A stretch of DNA of 54,815 nt from the NCBI GenBank assembly GCA_003568945.1, contig BDIP01000003.1, positions 1-54,815 of the forward strand, given 5' to 3'. Under the pieces are notes generated by a model that worked only from the letters and a program-made list of their open reading frames with translations, was not told where the DNA came from and searched no databases. Positions 12,301 through 26,100 of the stretch are shown here, piece by piece. The stretch comes from Kipferlia bialata (Eukaryota). Numbering within the stretch: the first letter of the stretch is position 1; each line of letters opens with the position of its first letter. A program made the translations under genes and the position numbers.

Positions 12301-14091
12301 GGTTGATGCTCACCCCCAGGCCGTTATCGATGACCCCTGGGCTGTGATCCCCCCTGCCACCACCACTGCTCCAGCTGTGCAGCCAGTTGTTCAGGCACCA
12401 GTGCAGGCACCTGCCCAGGTATATATATACATATATGTCTCCACACTATATTTATACATGGGTCAGTTAGTAGTACAGCCAGCAGTGCAGGCACCTGCAC
12501 AGGTATTAATGATAACTGTACATTGGGGTACACTGTAGATGTTACAGGATATGTCTCTTTTCCATGCATACCTATACTGCACAGCCAGTAGTGCCTCACC
12601 CCCAGGACATGATGCACGACATGGGCATGGGTATATATTCATATGTAGTTGTAGGATATTTACTATATGCACCACACTCACCACAGGACATGATGCACGA
12701 CATGGGCATGGGAGGGGCACCACCCCAGCAGCAGCAGGTGCATTAGTATATATATGTACATGTATATATGTATGTAGTATTTGTATTAGTGTATATATTC
12801 ATAGGATGCCTCACCCGCCGGGCTGGAGTCAGGACCCATGGCAGCATCAATATATATAGTATATATGTGAATGAACGAGTCTATATATACATGCATATAT
12901 AGTATGTTTGACCTCTGACCCTCAGGGCTGGAGCCAGGACCCATGGCAGCAGCAGGCACCGGTGCAGACACAGCCACAGGTCCAGGTACTACTGCATGTA
13001 TTAATGGTAGTGTAGATATATATGTATCTTATATGTCTTGGAAGCCACCGGCACAGCCACAGCCACAGGTTCAGGTGTAGATATATAATGTACAGTGTAT
13101 GTGTATGCCTGTAACCCTCCCCCTCACCCCCCAGTCCCAGTGGGACCAGAGTGGCATGTGGCAGGGACCACAGGACACCAGGTATATATATCTAATATGT
13201 AAAGACATAAAGTATATTCCTGATACTTTTCTTTATGTGTTAATACTCTGTATAGTTGAAGTGGCAGGGACCACAGGACACAAGGTATTGATATCGTTAT
13301 GTACATATATATGTATATATGTTTGTACTCTGTCTGTTTGCCTCTCTCCCTCTCACATTAGGGGTCCAGCCCCCATGGCCATTTCCACCGCACCCAGATA
13401 CAGGCCACAGGCTCAGGTATGTAACAGATTCTGTATTGTGATACTACTAATTCTCTGCATGTATCACAACCACATTTCCCACACGTCAGATTTTCTCTTT
13501 CCTCTCTCTCTCTGATTATATATATATATATACGTCTTATTGTTAGGTCAACCACATGGGTTCTGCCCTCAAGGCCGGTCTCTCCCTCTCTCTCTCTTTA
13601 TATATATATATATCTATATATATCTATATATATCCTTACATCTCTCTTACTATCAGGTCAACCACATGGGTTCTGCCCTCAAGGCCGGTCTCTCTCTCTC
13701 TCTCTCTCCCTCTCTGCCTCTCTCCCTCTATATATACCTCACCCCCTAGGTCAACCACATGGGCTCTGCCCTCAAGGCCGGTCTGCTGGCTGGGTCCATG
13801 CAGGAGGGCGAGTCAGACCAGGTATATATATACAGTGTGTTTTGTATACTATATATACGTAGTGTATACTCACTCCAGGACCGTCTGCTGCGTGAGAGGG
13901 CCTCTCTCGAGGACTACAAGATGAGGTTCCTGAAGAGAGTGACTAAGCAGAAGGAGAAGGAGAAGGTATATACATATGTATGTATATATATATATATATT
14001 GAGAGAGAGAGAGAGGTTCCTCAAGAGAGTGACTAAGCAGAAGGAGAAGGAGAAGGTATTTCTATTAGCCCCCCCCCCCCTCCACCACATG

Positions 14092-14135
<44 letters not shown>

Positions 14136-16907
14136 TCTAGGCCATGAAGGAGGCCCAGGCTGCCCAGATGGCCATGGCACAGGGACAGCCAGAGCAGGTA
14201 CATTCATATATATATATATATTAGTAAATATACACATATATATTTATTAGTGTGTTATATATATAGTGTGTGTTTGCCCAGATGGCCATGGCACAGGGAC
14301 AGCCAGAGCAGGTGGTTTACACTATTTATATGTATATATACATACAAATAGTATATACTTCTATTGTATATATATATATCTAAATACTGACCCCAGCCCA
14401 AGAAGGAGTCCAAGAAGGAGCCGGATGATGCAGCCAAGTACACGGAGGACAGGTAGGGATATATGTATTGGTGTTGGTGCATACCCAGATATGTAGAGTC
14501 CACGTGTATTCTCACGCTGAGGATTCACCAGCAGGTGCAGAATATGGTTGTCTATATCTAGTATCTCTCTCTATAGTGAAGTCTATATATCTGTAGTATA
14601 TATCTTTATAAAATGTATTGTTACTTCTTATGTGTAGGATGCACCACCAGGTGCAGAAGATGGTTGTGTATGTCAAGTATATGTCTCTATAGTATAAGTC
14701 TATATATATGTAGTATATATGTCTATAATGTGTATTGTGTTCTCTTATATCTAGGATGCACCAGCAGGTGCAGAAGATGGTTGTCTAGTGCATACATCTC
14801 TCTATATTATATATATACATACTACTACTAACTCTATGAGTGTATTATTACTTCTTATATCTAGGATGCACCAGCAGGTGCAGAAGATGGTTGTGTATGG
14901 CCTGAGGCACCTGATGAGGGATGGAAGGGTGTCCGATGACCTCATCGACCAGTCCTACCTGCAGACCAAGCTGGGCAAGCACATCTTCAAGGTATTATAT
15001 ACATATGTATACTATTAGTGTACATTACTTATATTTACTCTAGAGTGTCTNNNNNNNNNNNNNNNNNNNNNNNNNNNNNNNNNNNNNNNNNNNNNNNNNN
15101 NNNNNNNNNNNNNNNNNNNNNNNNNNNNNNNNNNNNNNNNNNNNNNNNNNNNNNNNNNNNNNNNNNNNNNNNNNNNNNNNNNNNNNNNNNNNNNNNNNNN
15201 NNNNNNNNNNNNNNNNNNNNNNNNNNNNNNNNNNNNNNNNNNNNNNNNNNNNNNNNNNNNNNNNNNNNNNNNNNNNNNNNNNNNNNNNNNNNNNNNNNNN
15301 NNNNNNNNNNNNNNNNNNNNNNNNNNNNNNNNNNNNNNNNNNNNNNNNNNNNNNNNNNNNNNNNNNNNNNNNNNNNNNNNNNNNNNNNNNNNNNNNNNNN
15401 NNNNNNNNNNNNNNNNNNNNNNNNNNNNNNNNNNNNNNNNNNNNNNNNNNNNNNNNNNNNNNNNNNNNNNNNNNNNNNNNNNNNNNNNNNNNNNNNNNNN
15501 NNNNNNNNNNNNNNNNNNNNNNNNNNNNNNNNNNNNNNNNNNNNNNNNNNNNNNNNNNNNNNNNNNNNNNNNNNNNNNNNNNNNNNNNNNNNNNNNNNNN
15601 NNNNNNNNNNNNNNNNNNNNNNNNNNNNNNNNNNNNNNNNNNNNNNNNNNNNNNNNNNNNNNNNNNNNNNNNNNNNNNNNNNNNNNNNNNNNNNNNNNNN
15701 NNNNNNNNNNNNNNNNNNNNNNNNNNNNNNNNNNNNNNNNNNNNNNNNNNNNNNNNNNNNNNNNNNNNNNNNNNNNNNNNNNNNNNNNNNNNNNNNNNNN
15801 NNNNNNNNNNNNNNNNNNNNNNNNNNNNNNNNNNNNNNNNNNNNNNNNNNNNNNNNNNNNNNNNNNNNNNNNNNNNNNNNNNNNNNNNNNNNNNNNNNNN
15901 NNNNNNNNNNNNNNNNNNNNNNNNNNNNNNNNNNNNNNNNNNNNNNNNNNNNNNNNNNNNNNNNNNNNNNNNNNNNNNNNNNNNNNNNNNNNNTGAGGAA
16001 GGGACTGTTATCAATCTATCTAGTAGTATATATACATAGATACATTATCTATTGTATATAGTGACAGTGAGGCAATGTACATAGCCAAGTATGTCAGGTG
16101 AGGCAGAGACTGTTATTTGTATTGATATATATATATTTTATATATCTATGATTATTGTATGATATATAGTGGCAGTGAGGCAATGTACATCGCCAAGTAT
16201 GTCAGGTGAGGCAGAGACAGTGTTTAGATGTACATAGGGTTATGATGAAAGGTGAATATGAGTATACATGTTTATGCAGGGTCCTTTGCATTCAATCCAT
16301 TCATATGATCAATGTCATATATATAATAAATTAGCCTCTCACCCCAGGGACTGTACCAACAAGGACCCAGCCAAGAGGCCACAGGCTGTGGAGGGTGAGT
16401 GTATATTGTATGTATATATATTCAGGCTAAGTAGTCACATTATTCCCATGTATACATGGAATGCTACACTGCTTGTTTGAATTTACCCATCCGTCACCAG
16501 AGCCCTCTACCCGTGATACGTGTATATACTACTATTCCTACTAGTGTCCTTCTTACCCCAGAGCCCTCTGCCGGTGAGGGCCAGGAGAGGGATTTATATA
16601 CCTATACAGTACTATATACATGTACTACTATTACTACTAGTGTCTTACTTACCCCAGAGCCCTCTGCCGGTGAGGGCCAGGAGAGGGTGGGGGAGGCCGA
16701 GGAGGACCCAGCAAACTTCGCAGGTAGAGATACCTACATATATTTACATGTAAATCTAGTATTCTCTAGAGTTTATATATACGCGTTGTATATTATATAC
16801 TATACCAATGGTATAATACCATTGTCTGTGTGTGTTGTGTCTGCTAGTATGGGACTGACACCAACCCTGCAGGATATGTGGACGAGGGAGACGCCGACGA
16901 CTGGTGA
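9398..16907 (+). CDS. Multi-exon Q/P/A-rich low-complexity protein with C-terminal SRI-like domain (5' end missing, spans N gap)
   Basis: More than 20 short in-phase exons (PVDEATLLAAERE..., MAVVKEEPVVIEE, DRLLRERASLEDYKMRF..., MHQQVQKMVVYGLRHLMRDGRVSDDLIDQSYLQTKLGKHIFK, EAMYIAKYVRDC...). Ends GYVDEGDADDW*. Confidence 0.6.
15051..15993. other. Assembly gap (N run)
   Basis: Run of n characters. Confidence 1.
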
Positions 16908-17272
16908 TACCTATCCAAGTATAGGGGCCCTCTCTTAAGAGAGGTGACCATGGACACTGTAGAATCACTAAATGTAAAAGGCATACTTGTTTAATCGTTT
17001 AATTGGAAGCGAGACATGCCATCATAGTAGTATGCAGTGCATAACACCAAAACAGATCCACATCACTAGCAGTGCGCTGAGTAACAAAGACAGATCGATG
17101 TAAGTGCCGGATATATGTGCCAGTGGCACACTGTGCCGCACAGTGCCACCAACGTTTTTGTCCAAATCGGTCTCGAACTAAGGGTGTAGCAGCATAATGT
17201 TGGTATCGTGCCTTTTCCATCGGTATCGTTGCTTAGCCGGTCTATATCGCGGCTTTGGCTGCTGTTGTAGTC

Positions 17273-17778
17273 ATGGCGGGTGGTATAGGCGCCGCTGCAC
17301 CCTCTGGGTGTGAAGACTCGGAGATTCAGGGTGTGTTTAGGGATGCTATGCCCAACCACCCTGTTTTCCAGGCCCTTGTAGGGGGTGCTGATGTGGATAC
17401 GGTGCTGGCTGCAGCCAAGGGTGCTGTGCTTCCCTTTGGGATGGGTGTTGTGCATGCTGCCACTGTGTGTGGGAGGAGAGACGTCCTCGAGGCGGTGGTG
17501 AGGGTACAGCCCCTCTGCCTCCTCTCTGTTGTCTCTCTCCCCCTCCCCCTTGGTGATGTGCTCCCTCTGCACTTGGCATGTATGGGTACATCCAGTACAG
17601 AGGGTGTCTCTGAGGGTGTTGTGGGGTGGATACTGGATGAGATGGAGAGGGTGTGGGGGGAGAGAGAGTGTGTCAGGCAGCGGGTGCTCTCCATGTCCTA
17701 TGGAGTGAGTCCCTTTTACCTGGCATGTGCCAGTGGGGCAGAGGGTGTGTGTCACGTGTGCTTGGACAGGATGCTCAG
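17273..17778 (+). CDS. Ankyrin-repeat-like first exon
   Basis: GMGVVHAATVCGRRDVLEAVV, DVLPLHLACMG, GVSPFYLACASGAEGVCHVCL. Donor GTGAGT at 17779. Confidence 0.65.
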
Positions 17779-17993
17779 GTGAGTACATATGGCTATTCAC
17801 TCATTATATAATGTATTGTATATCATGGGTCATACTTCAGAAGGGGGGGGGGGGGGGGGGGGGGTTTTCCCAGGAAATTTTTTTTTTTTTTTCCCCCCCC
17901 CCCCCCCCCCCCTCCAACATCCACCCACCCCCACCCACCCCCTCTCTCTCTCTCTCATTCTCTTTCCCCACATATCTTCTCACTTACCCCCAG

Positions 17994-18181
17994 ATCCATG
18001 ATGGCCAACCTCATCATGTCCCCCAGACTCAGAGACAAGAGACACAAGAAGTGAGTGACAATACTGGTATCATCAACTATATCGCGGTACTCACTAGAGT
18101 ACTGGCACACAAGTACAAATATTAACCTCTCTCTCCATATGTCTATATATATGTGTCTAATCCTAGAGCCGAGAGACTCTT

Positions 18182-18212
<31 letters not shown>

Positions 18213-21200
18213 GGAGACATATTCATGTTAACCTAACCCTAGGGCTGACAGGCTAACGTTCTTGTCTCTATCTTTCTATGGATATGCATATATAGTAGTA
18301 ATAATAATAAGTGTCTCTCACCCTATGGCTGAGAGGCTGAGGGTCTATAACGCACTATATATATCTCTGTACACTGATATACATACTGTTTACCTAACCC
18401 TAGGGCTGAGAGGCTGAGGGTTAAGCAGGGCAGACCACACGTCATCCACTACTTCCACCAGGTACCTTGATCATTAACGAAGTATATCTATATATGCATG
18501 TGGACGCAATACCTGTCCTTCTCTAATCTACCATTATATTCACTGCCACCACAAGAATCGCATCGATCTCATTGCTAATGTCTACTTACCTCTAGGTCAA
18601 TGACCCCTACAGTGCCCTGGCAGTGCAGTGCATACCCACCATACTAGGTATCACAATTGTTAACATGCCAGAGAGTCCATTCACGTAACAGCCTCTTACC
18701 TCCAGCTAGGTATGCTATCTTTGTCGAGTGCCACCTAGTCTCTGCCATAGAGGGAGGGGACCTGCCTGAGCCAGAGCTCTTTGCCAGGCTGGCACTACAC
18801 GATGCCAAGGCCATAGGTATGAATGTGTACCTCACTTTCAAGCATATACGATATGTAGGTTGCATTGTAGACAGGAAGTGGGTATATGATGATTCTGGAC
18901 TGAACCTAGCATGGGTGAGAGACCACTATCCCTGTCAACCGCAGGTTCCCTATGTGTATAACCCTATATGTATATATATATATATGACTCTCACCTTACC
19001 CCCAGCCCCTGGCATGGGCGTGTCCTTCCCCCAGACTGCACAGACACCCACACCTGAGGCAGAGGCAGAAGCACAGCGGAGGTTGGCAGAGGTATATATG
19101 TGTGCGTATGTTTCTTTATGTGAGCATACTAATTTATATATAAGTATGTTCTTTTCCTCTCACTTCAATAGGGCATAGCGAACCCCTTCCTCTTTGCCAC
19201 ATATGTACCATATACAATATACTATATACAGTAGTATATATATATGTATATACACTATACTCCCCCTCATCATATATCATTGGCTTCCCTGTCCTCTTTG
19301 ACTTGATAACTATATAGAGGGACGTGCTTTCCTCTTACTATAGGTCATAGGCGACCCTGTCCTCTTTGCGAGATGTGCATCTGAGTGCACTGCATGGCTG
19401 TGGGATAACAGTGCCACTGTGTCTCTAGCAGAGGCAGAGACAGAAGAGGAGAGAGAGGGAGAGAGAGAGAATGCACAGTTGCTGGTTGAGGAGGGCAATG
19501 CTCTCAGACTGGACATGGGCCACTACTCCAGTGGCATGTTCTACTACGAGGGAGAGTGGTGAGTAGTTAGTATATACGTGACATTACTATTCATAGAGAT
19601 GATGAAACGTGTTGAATTCATCTATGTTGAATTGTTTTGTATGAGTACTGCGTCTCTGACCTGCAGGTACTGGGGCATCTCTGTCGAGTAAGTTATGTAT
19701 GAGTACTGCGTCTCTGACCTGCAGGTACTGGGGCGTGGACAGGATGTACCACCTGGAGCAGAGGCTCATGAAGCTAGGTAGGGACCATTATGAATACATG
19801 TGTATACATAAGTAATTGTTGATTAAGATATAATAACGGACTATAATAACACCAGACCTCGAGAGACATGAGCTGAGGCAGGAGCACCCAGTGGCCAAGA
19901 CTGAGACCAACCCATATGGCTACTCATACCCCAGACCACCCATAGTCAGGGGGAGGGTGGCACATCCAGAGGGTGAGTATCAGCTATACAGCCGTCTATA
20001 TTTGTGTGTGTTTACCGATGTCTGTATATGAGTGTGGTTGCAGGGGGTCAGAACGGTATATATATAGGAAGGAATGACTGGAGTATTCTTGTTTGGGAAT
20101 ACCCACTCCAGGTCTTACCCTTGAGATCTACCCCTCTCTTCGCAGTCCATACACTGCAGTGGGGTTCGACACAGCTGTATCCATCGCCAAGGAGGCAGGT
20201 GAGTTATGCAGTATTTCATGTACCTCATCAGAGTCTCTGATTCAGAGACATCTCTAGGATGCGGAATATTCTGTAATTGACAAGTTATGGTGCCTATGCT
20301 GATCGGTAACCAAAACTGGCACGCCCTTACTCTCAACTGCCACTTGTGACTATGCCTAACTCCCCAGGCATAGCCTATGAGGTCAGACCCGTCCTGCCAA
20401 TGGTCATGAGGGGCATGACCATATCAAGGAACAAGGGCAGGTACTGTTAGCAGAGTAATTGTGTCACATAACTACTAGACTAGTAGTATACTTGTTACAC
20501 TATCATTCACAATAGGTACATCATGCGAGACGCCAAGCGGGAGGCCGATGCACAGGGCATACCCTTTGGCAATATGTATGACCCAGTGGGGAGGCCTGTC
20601 CTGACGGCATTCTCTCTCCTGCCATGGGTGATAAAGCAGGTATTAGTCAACATATCTCAAGATATTGAATGTGTGACACTTAGTGTCTAGGAACCCTTCA
20701 AGTACATTTCTAAATATCCAGGGCAAAGAGGCTGAGTTCATATCTGCCTTCCTCTCTGCAGCCTTTCCCAAGGGCACAAACACTAGGTGAGGGTCCTGTT
20801 CCAATGTTACTGCAAAGGAAAATATACTGGAGGACTGTTTCTATCTACCTTTCACCCTCAGTTCCCTTAAGGGTCTACGCACAGTAGTTGAGGCTGCCGG
20901 TCTGGACTGGGAGGTGGCACAGACACACATCACAGACGCAGAGCTCAAGGTATGAGAACACATATATAGGAGTTGTATCCCGTGTTCTTCATTCTCTATT
21001 ACATACATCTAACTGTAAACTGTTTACTGTCTCGTCACAGGCACAGAGCTCACTGTATGTAAACATATACTCTTTTACTTCCTAAACATCATTCTGATGG
21101 TGTGTTTATGCCTCTAACTCTCCAGCGTGGCCATGCATTGCTAGCAGCCAACAGGGAGTCTATGATCAGTGACCTGGGCCTCTGGGGGGTACCCTCATTC

Positions 21201-21366
21201 AGACTCAGGTATATGGTGTTGACTTTGACCACATGAACATCAAGTGTAGTATATTAGTGTGTTTCAGATGCTAACTCTCAGAGGCCGTGCTGACTCCGAC
21301 TATGTGGTGCTGGGTCAGGACAAGCTCTGGAGACTGGCACAGGAGGTGCAGACGAGGGGGCAGTAG
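17994..21366 (+). CDS. Two-domain DsbA-family / 2-hydroxychromene-2-carboxylate isomerase-like (GST-kappa fold) protein, about 14 exons
   Basis: Spliced product has PHVIHYFHQVNDPYS, GHYSSGMFYYEGEWYWGVDRMYHLEQRL, LEIYPSLRSPYT, VRPVLPMVMRG, GIPFGNMYDPVGRPV, AGLDW, GLWGVPSFRL and GQDKLW. These are motifs of the roughly 420-aa bacterial family. Confidence 0.85.
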
Positions 21367-21721
21367 TGGGACATTGATATCGTCCCCTGTGGAGTTTCAA
21401 TGCACACTTTAGCTGATATGAAACAGTGTTGGTTACTATTCATATATTTGAGAGCGATATCACCACTTTCTGAGTTTATAGATGTGTATTCGATTGGCAT
21501 TGTGAATGCATACAGTAGTGGGTTGTTCACATGGCGTCACTAAAGGACTACCAATTCAGAGCGCACAAGTTGTGGGCCGCCACTCCCCTGTATAATCTAT
21601 TATATATGACCTCCTGTCCAGTTACACAGCTAGGTTACCACACAATGGCATTGGGGGTTCAATAATATTTGCCATTTAGGAGTTGTATCCAAACCCTTAC
21701 GCAATTCTTCTCCATCTCCGA

Positions 21722-22952
21722 CTATTCATCCTCCAGTGGCATTGGAGGCACACCAAGTGCGGCTGCTATCTCTGGGAAGTGGATGTAGCTCTTCATCGTC
21801 TTCGCTATTGCATGTCTCTGTGCAAGGTGTCTACCAATGGTCTGCAATCTGGTCTCTGCCTGCAGTAGTTGCTTAGCCACACAGACTCTGTCCCTATGAC
21901 ACAGGCTAGGGTTCCTCACCCTGCTCTGTAGTACATGCACCTCATGCACTGCCATCTCCATGTCACTCTGACAGATAAGAGGCAGGCCAGAGTACTGAGA
22001 CAGCAGCTGGTAGGCTTCAACCTGATGTTACGCAACATATATACACTCTCACTATGCATAATATGCATTGCATATATGTTCCAAAGTAACCACTACTCGT
22101 TCAGATATTCCGCTATACCTGCTCAGGACCGAGTCTTCCCAGCAACTGTATCATTAAGGGACACTGGTGTTCAGCCTCTGTCCAACTTGCAAGTGAGTAG
22201 AGGGAACAGTTGTGTAAACACCACAAGTGCATGTATGTCTTACCTTGCCTCGCAGTCTCTCTGGATACCTACCGGCATAGTGGTCTGACATGCGACTATA
22301 GAATCCTGATGTGCCAGGAGAGGTACAGAGGCTGCCAGCAGAGTAGTGGTATGGTAGTCACTCTGCAGTGACACAGCTGTGCTGATGTCAGTCAGCAGCT
22401 CAGAGGCCTTGGTGACATACTCCATGCTCTCCCTAGGACAGCCAGGGGTCGACTGCAGGGAGAGACGAGCAGTTCTCAAGGACGAAGAGAGAGAGACCAA
22501 AGTGTGGTGCAGGGCAAGGCAGTCATGGTATACAACCTGAGAGTGAGAACCAGAAACTATATATAACCTACAACACCAGAGCCACTACCTCACTAATTGC
22601 TAGTAAGCAGGTAATCCCCTTAAGGCTAAAGTATAGTGTATTGGTGTTGTACCTGACAGACTGGATACTGCTATATGATTACGTTGATCGCTCTTACTGC
22701 CTGCTTTACCAGCTCTGTCCTTCTGAGGTACTCCTGAACTGTCTCAATGTGGTGGGTGACAGTGCTGGCACTGGAGTCAAACTCCCTTACTCTCATAAGT
22801 AGATCTAGTGCCAATATGTGTGGGAATGAGGTACACGAGGCGGCAGTTGTCTCCTGGTCACAACCGAGGGGAGTACGGAGGTGGACCGAGAGAGTATTGT
22901 CGTCACCCTTGGTTACCACTTTGGTGCAGTGAACACTCTTGCCAAATGGCAT
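21722..22952 (-). CDS. Hypothetical multi-exon helical protein
   Basis: Colinear coding-like ORF blocks (22671-22952, 22240-22540, 21722-22020) separated by GT-AG introns. Ends GVPPMPLEDE*. Confidence 0.5.
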
Positions 22953-23199
22953 CCCAGATGTGTTGTATCAGACACTCGACTGATGGGCTTGGAGACGGCG
23001 ATCACATGTTATGCTACTTACCGTGAGAACTCGTTGTCAGGATATCGCTATTACCAGGTATCACTATTACATACCATAATTGTCAGACCCCTACGTTTGA
23101 CGATATCATATTGCCGAAAAATTACTGTTGACTGGACGATTTGAGGAGATACTCGTTGGCCTCAGCTTATTCGACATATCCTCCCCTTTCAACCTCCCA

Positions 23200-26100
23200 A
23201 TGCTTCTGGTGTTGGTTGCCCTCCTCGTTGGGGTTTTTGCCCAATGCGGCACCCAGGAAGAGGCGTTGCGAGATCTCTACACGGCTATTGGTGGCTTCAA
23301 GTGGACCCAGGAGAACAACTGGTTGTCTGTAGACCCCTACTGTGACTGGACAGGAGTAGAGTGCAGAGACGGAACCACGTTTGTTACCTCGCTCTCTCTG
23401 CCAAGCTTTGGCTTGATTGGTCAGCTACCAGATGCCCTTGGGTGCTTCCCTTTCCTTCAGGTACAATACATTCAATTGTAGAGAACCCACACTATGTGTG
23501 TTTTTACTCAACAGTGGAATATGACTCTGCATATCCAAACCTCATTCCTACTAACATTTAGTACCTAGACCTCTCCAACAACGACTTGTCCAGTACCATT
23601 CCTACCACCTTAGGAAACATGTACAATCTCAAGGTATGGCTGTGTCATCAAAGATCATAATCAACTCGGGAACTGTATAGTACTCCATAGGTCGGGAATA
23701 ATCTCTGCAATTCTGAAAGAAGGTATCTTTTGTCCTAAAAGTGTTGCTTGCTTCTGTAGTCATCAGATTGTGACGTACACGTCAAACCTCAAGGAAATAG
23801 CAACAACTCCTTTCTACGACTTACAATCTTGTGTATCATCTCATATCACCTCTTACACCAGTCCGTAAACCTCGACTCTGCTGGTCTCATTGGAACGATC
23901 CCAGTCGCTCTCTGCAAGTGTGAGTACCTCCAGATAATCTCAATGGCAGACAACCAATTGACAGGTAGAGTTGTTCTCTATAACAAAACCCAGAGACGAC
24001 TGAATACTCATCGCAACTGATCTTAGTTTGTCATTTCAGGTGTTGTTCTCATATATACATGTGTTAACCTAACCCCAGGTGCAATTCCCTCCTGTGTTGA
24101 TCAGATCACTTACCTTGCGGAGTGGCATACCGAGAGAAACCTGTTGAGCGGCGCCGTTCCTCCTGCATTCGACAACCTCGACTACTTCCAGCTCCTCATG
24201 GTACAGTGCAACCCAGACCTCGAGTGCACGCCTCTCACAAGTAAGTGACACTACTATACAGTAACAGTTTCAGGTGGTTATAGTTGTTGGGTAATATCTG
24301 AACTTAGGTGACATCATGTACTCCTGTGGCACCGACTACCCTGAGTGTGACACCATCGACCCCCCTCTTAGTGAGTGTGAGGAGTGCACAGACCTTGGCG
24401 ATGCATGGTGCCTCAGACTCTACAGTGACAGTGAGTGTGTTCCTAGAGGGTCACTAACCCCTAGTGACTGCAACGCTGTCGTTACTGAGCAGACAGACTG
24501 CGACATCACACTCCCCACTGACTGCTCTGAGTGTCTATTGTTCGAGGACACCATATGGTGCACCTTGCCCGCGGACGACAACGACACGTGTATGCCTCTA
24601 TCCCAGGCTGAGGCATGTGTAGCTGCTGGTGGCATTGCCAACGTTGTGTGTTCACCCCTTCCATGCTGCTCTCTCTGTCTAACCTGGGACGGCTATGCCT
24701 GGTGTGGGACCGAGGGGAATGGATCGTGTAGGTTGGTGTCTGACATCAGTACTGGAGAGTGTGACTATGTCGTTACCACTGCCTCTGATTGTGATGTCGA
24801 TACTGACACCTGCCACGGTTGCACCTCTCTCGATAGTGTCTGGTGCCTCTTGGACGGGGAAGGGGACGTATGCATCAGCGGTAGTGACACACGTCACTGT
24901 GTGGAGAGAGTGTACTCCGGTAGTGAGTGTACTCCTCCACCTGATACCTCATGCCAAGAATGTGCAGCACTTGACGACTACGTGTTCTGCGTTGACGTCT
25001 TCGCACCACCTGGGAGGTGCATGCCTAATTACATTGACATGGATTGCAACAACATCATCTACAGTGGAGACGAGTGTCTCATCGACACTAATGTGGACAC
25101 GTGCGGTCAGTGTCTAGCCTTCGACAACACTGTATGGTGTGTTCTGCCAGACGGTGATTCATGTTACTCCGATGCTTCTATGTGTCGTTATGCTGGAGGG
25201 GTGCCCCACATAGACTGTATCCTGGAGGGGGACTGTCCACGGTGGCTGCAGGGAAGAGTGACCTTTGAGGGAATTGGGGAACCATCTATATCTGTGGAGG
25301 TGCCTGGAGAGACGGAAGCATTCACTGACGAGGTTTGAGGATGTACTTTCCACATACTGTTAAAACCTATATACTAATACCAGGATGGATACTACACAGT
25401 GCCCCTTCTGTTGCCTCATGATGAGCAGACCCACGTATCATACACGTTCCCAGACATTGTCGGTGGAGAGCCGGATTACTTCCCCCAAACTGCCTTTGTG
25501 GATTTGACTCCATGCGGTGTAACGACTGTCAACATTGATCTAGAGCCCTTCACTTGCGGTGACGATTCGAGACTGCTTCAGGGCGTTGTGACTGATGCTG
25601 TCACTGGTGAGGGGATCAGTGGAGTGGACGTGATCCTGGACACACAAGTGTTAGCCACCACAAACCAGGTAAGACACATAGACCCGTGTACTCTCACTCT
25701 ATATATATTAGATTTTCTCGGGAAGTACGTTTACTGACCCTCAGAATGGATTCTACCAAGTGGCAGGCTTGCCTACTGGAGCTCTCTTTGAGTTCCTGTT
25801 CTCTCCGCCCTCTACCTACCTTCCGGACTCTGATCATACCATGCTTGGACTATGTGGCATAACACAGCTCGATATGGTTCTTACCCCTACGTGTGCGACG
25901 CCTGTGCTAGAGGGACGTGTAACGTTTGAAGGAATAGGGGTTGATGGTTGCTTTGTTGATGTTCCTGGAGAGACAGGGACGTACAGTGATGAGGTGAGTG
26001 CCTAGTAATATGTATCAACACAACGTATGACCTCTTTCGGTATTATTATATGTTACCCCAGAACGGGTACTACAGCATGCCTCTCTCGGTGCCCCACCCT

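Noticed and set aside
15018..16061. Long ORFs in the ORF track
   Set aside because: They are artefacts of translating the N gap.
18230..18405. ctaaccctaggg as telomeric repeats
   Set aside because: Isolated copies that coincide with branch point plus acceptor; no tandem array.
21239..21252. atcaagtgtagtat resembling the U2 snRNA branch-pairing region
   Set aside because: It lies in a short intron with no U2 stems or Sm site; probably chance.
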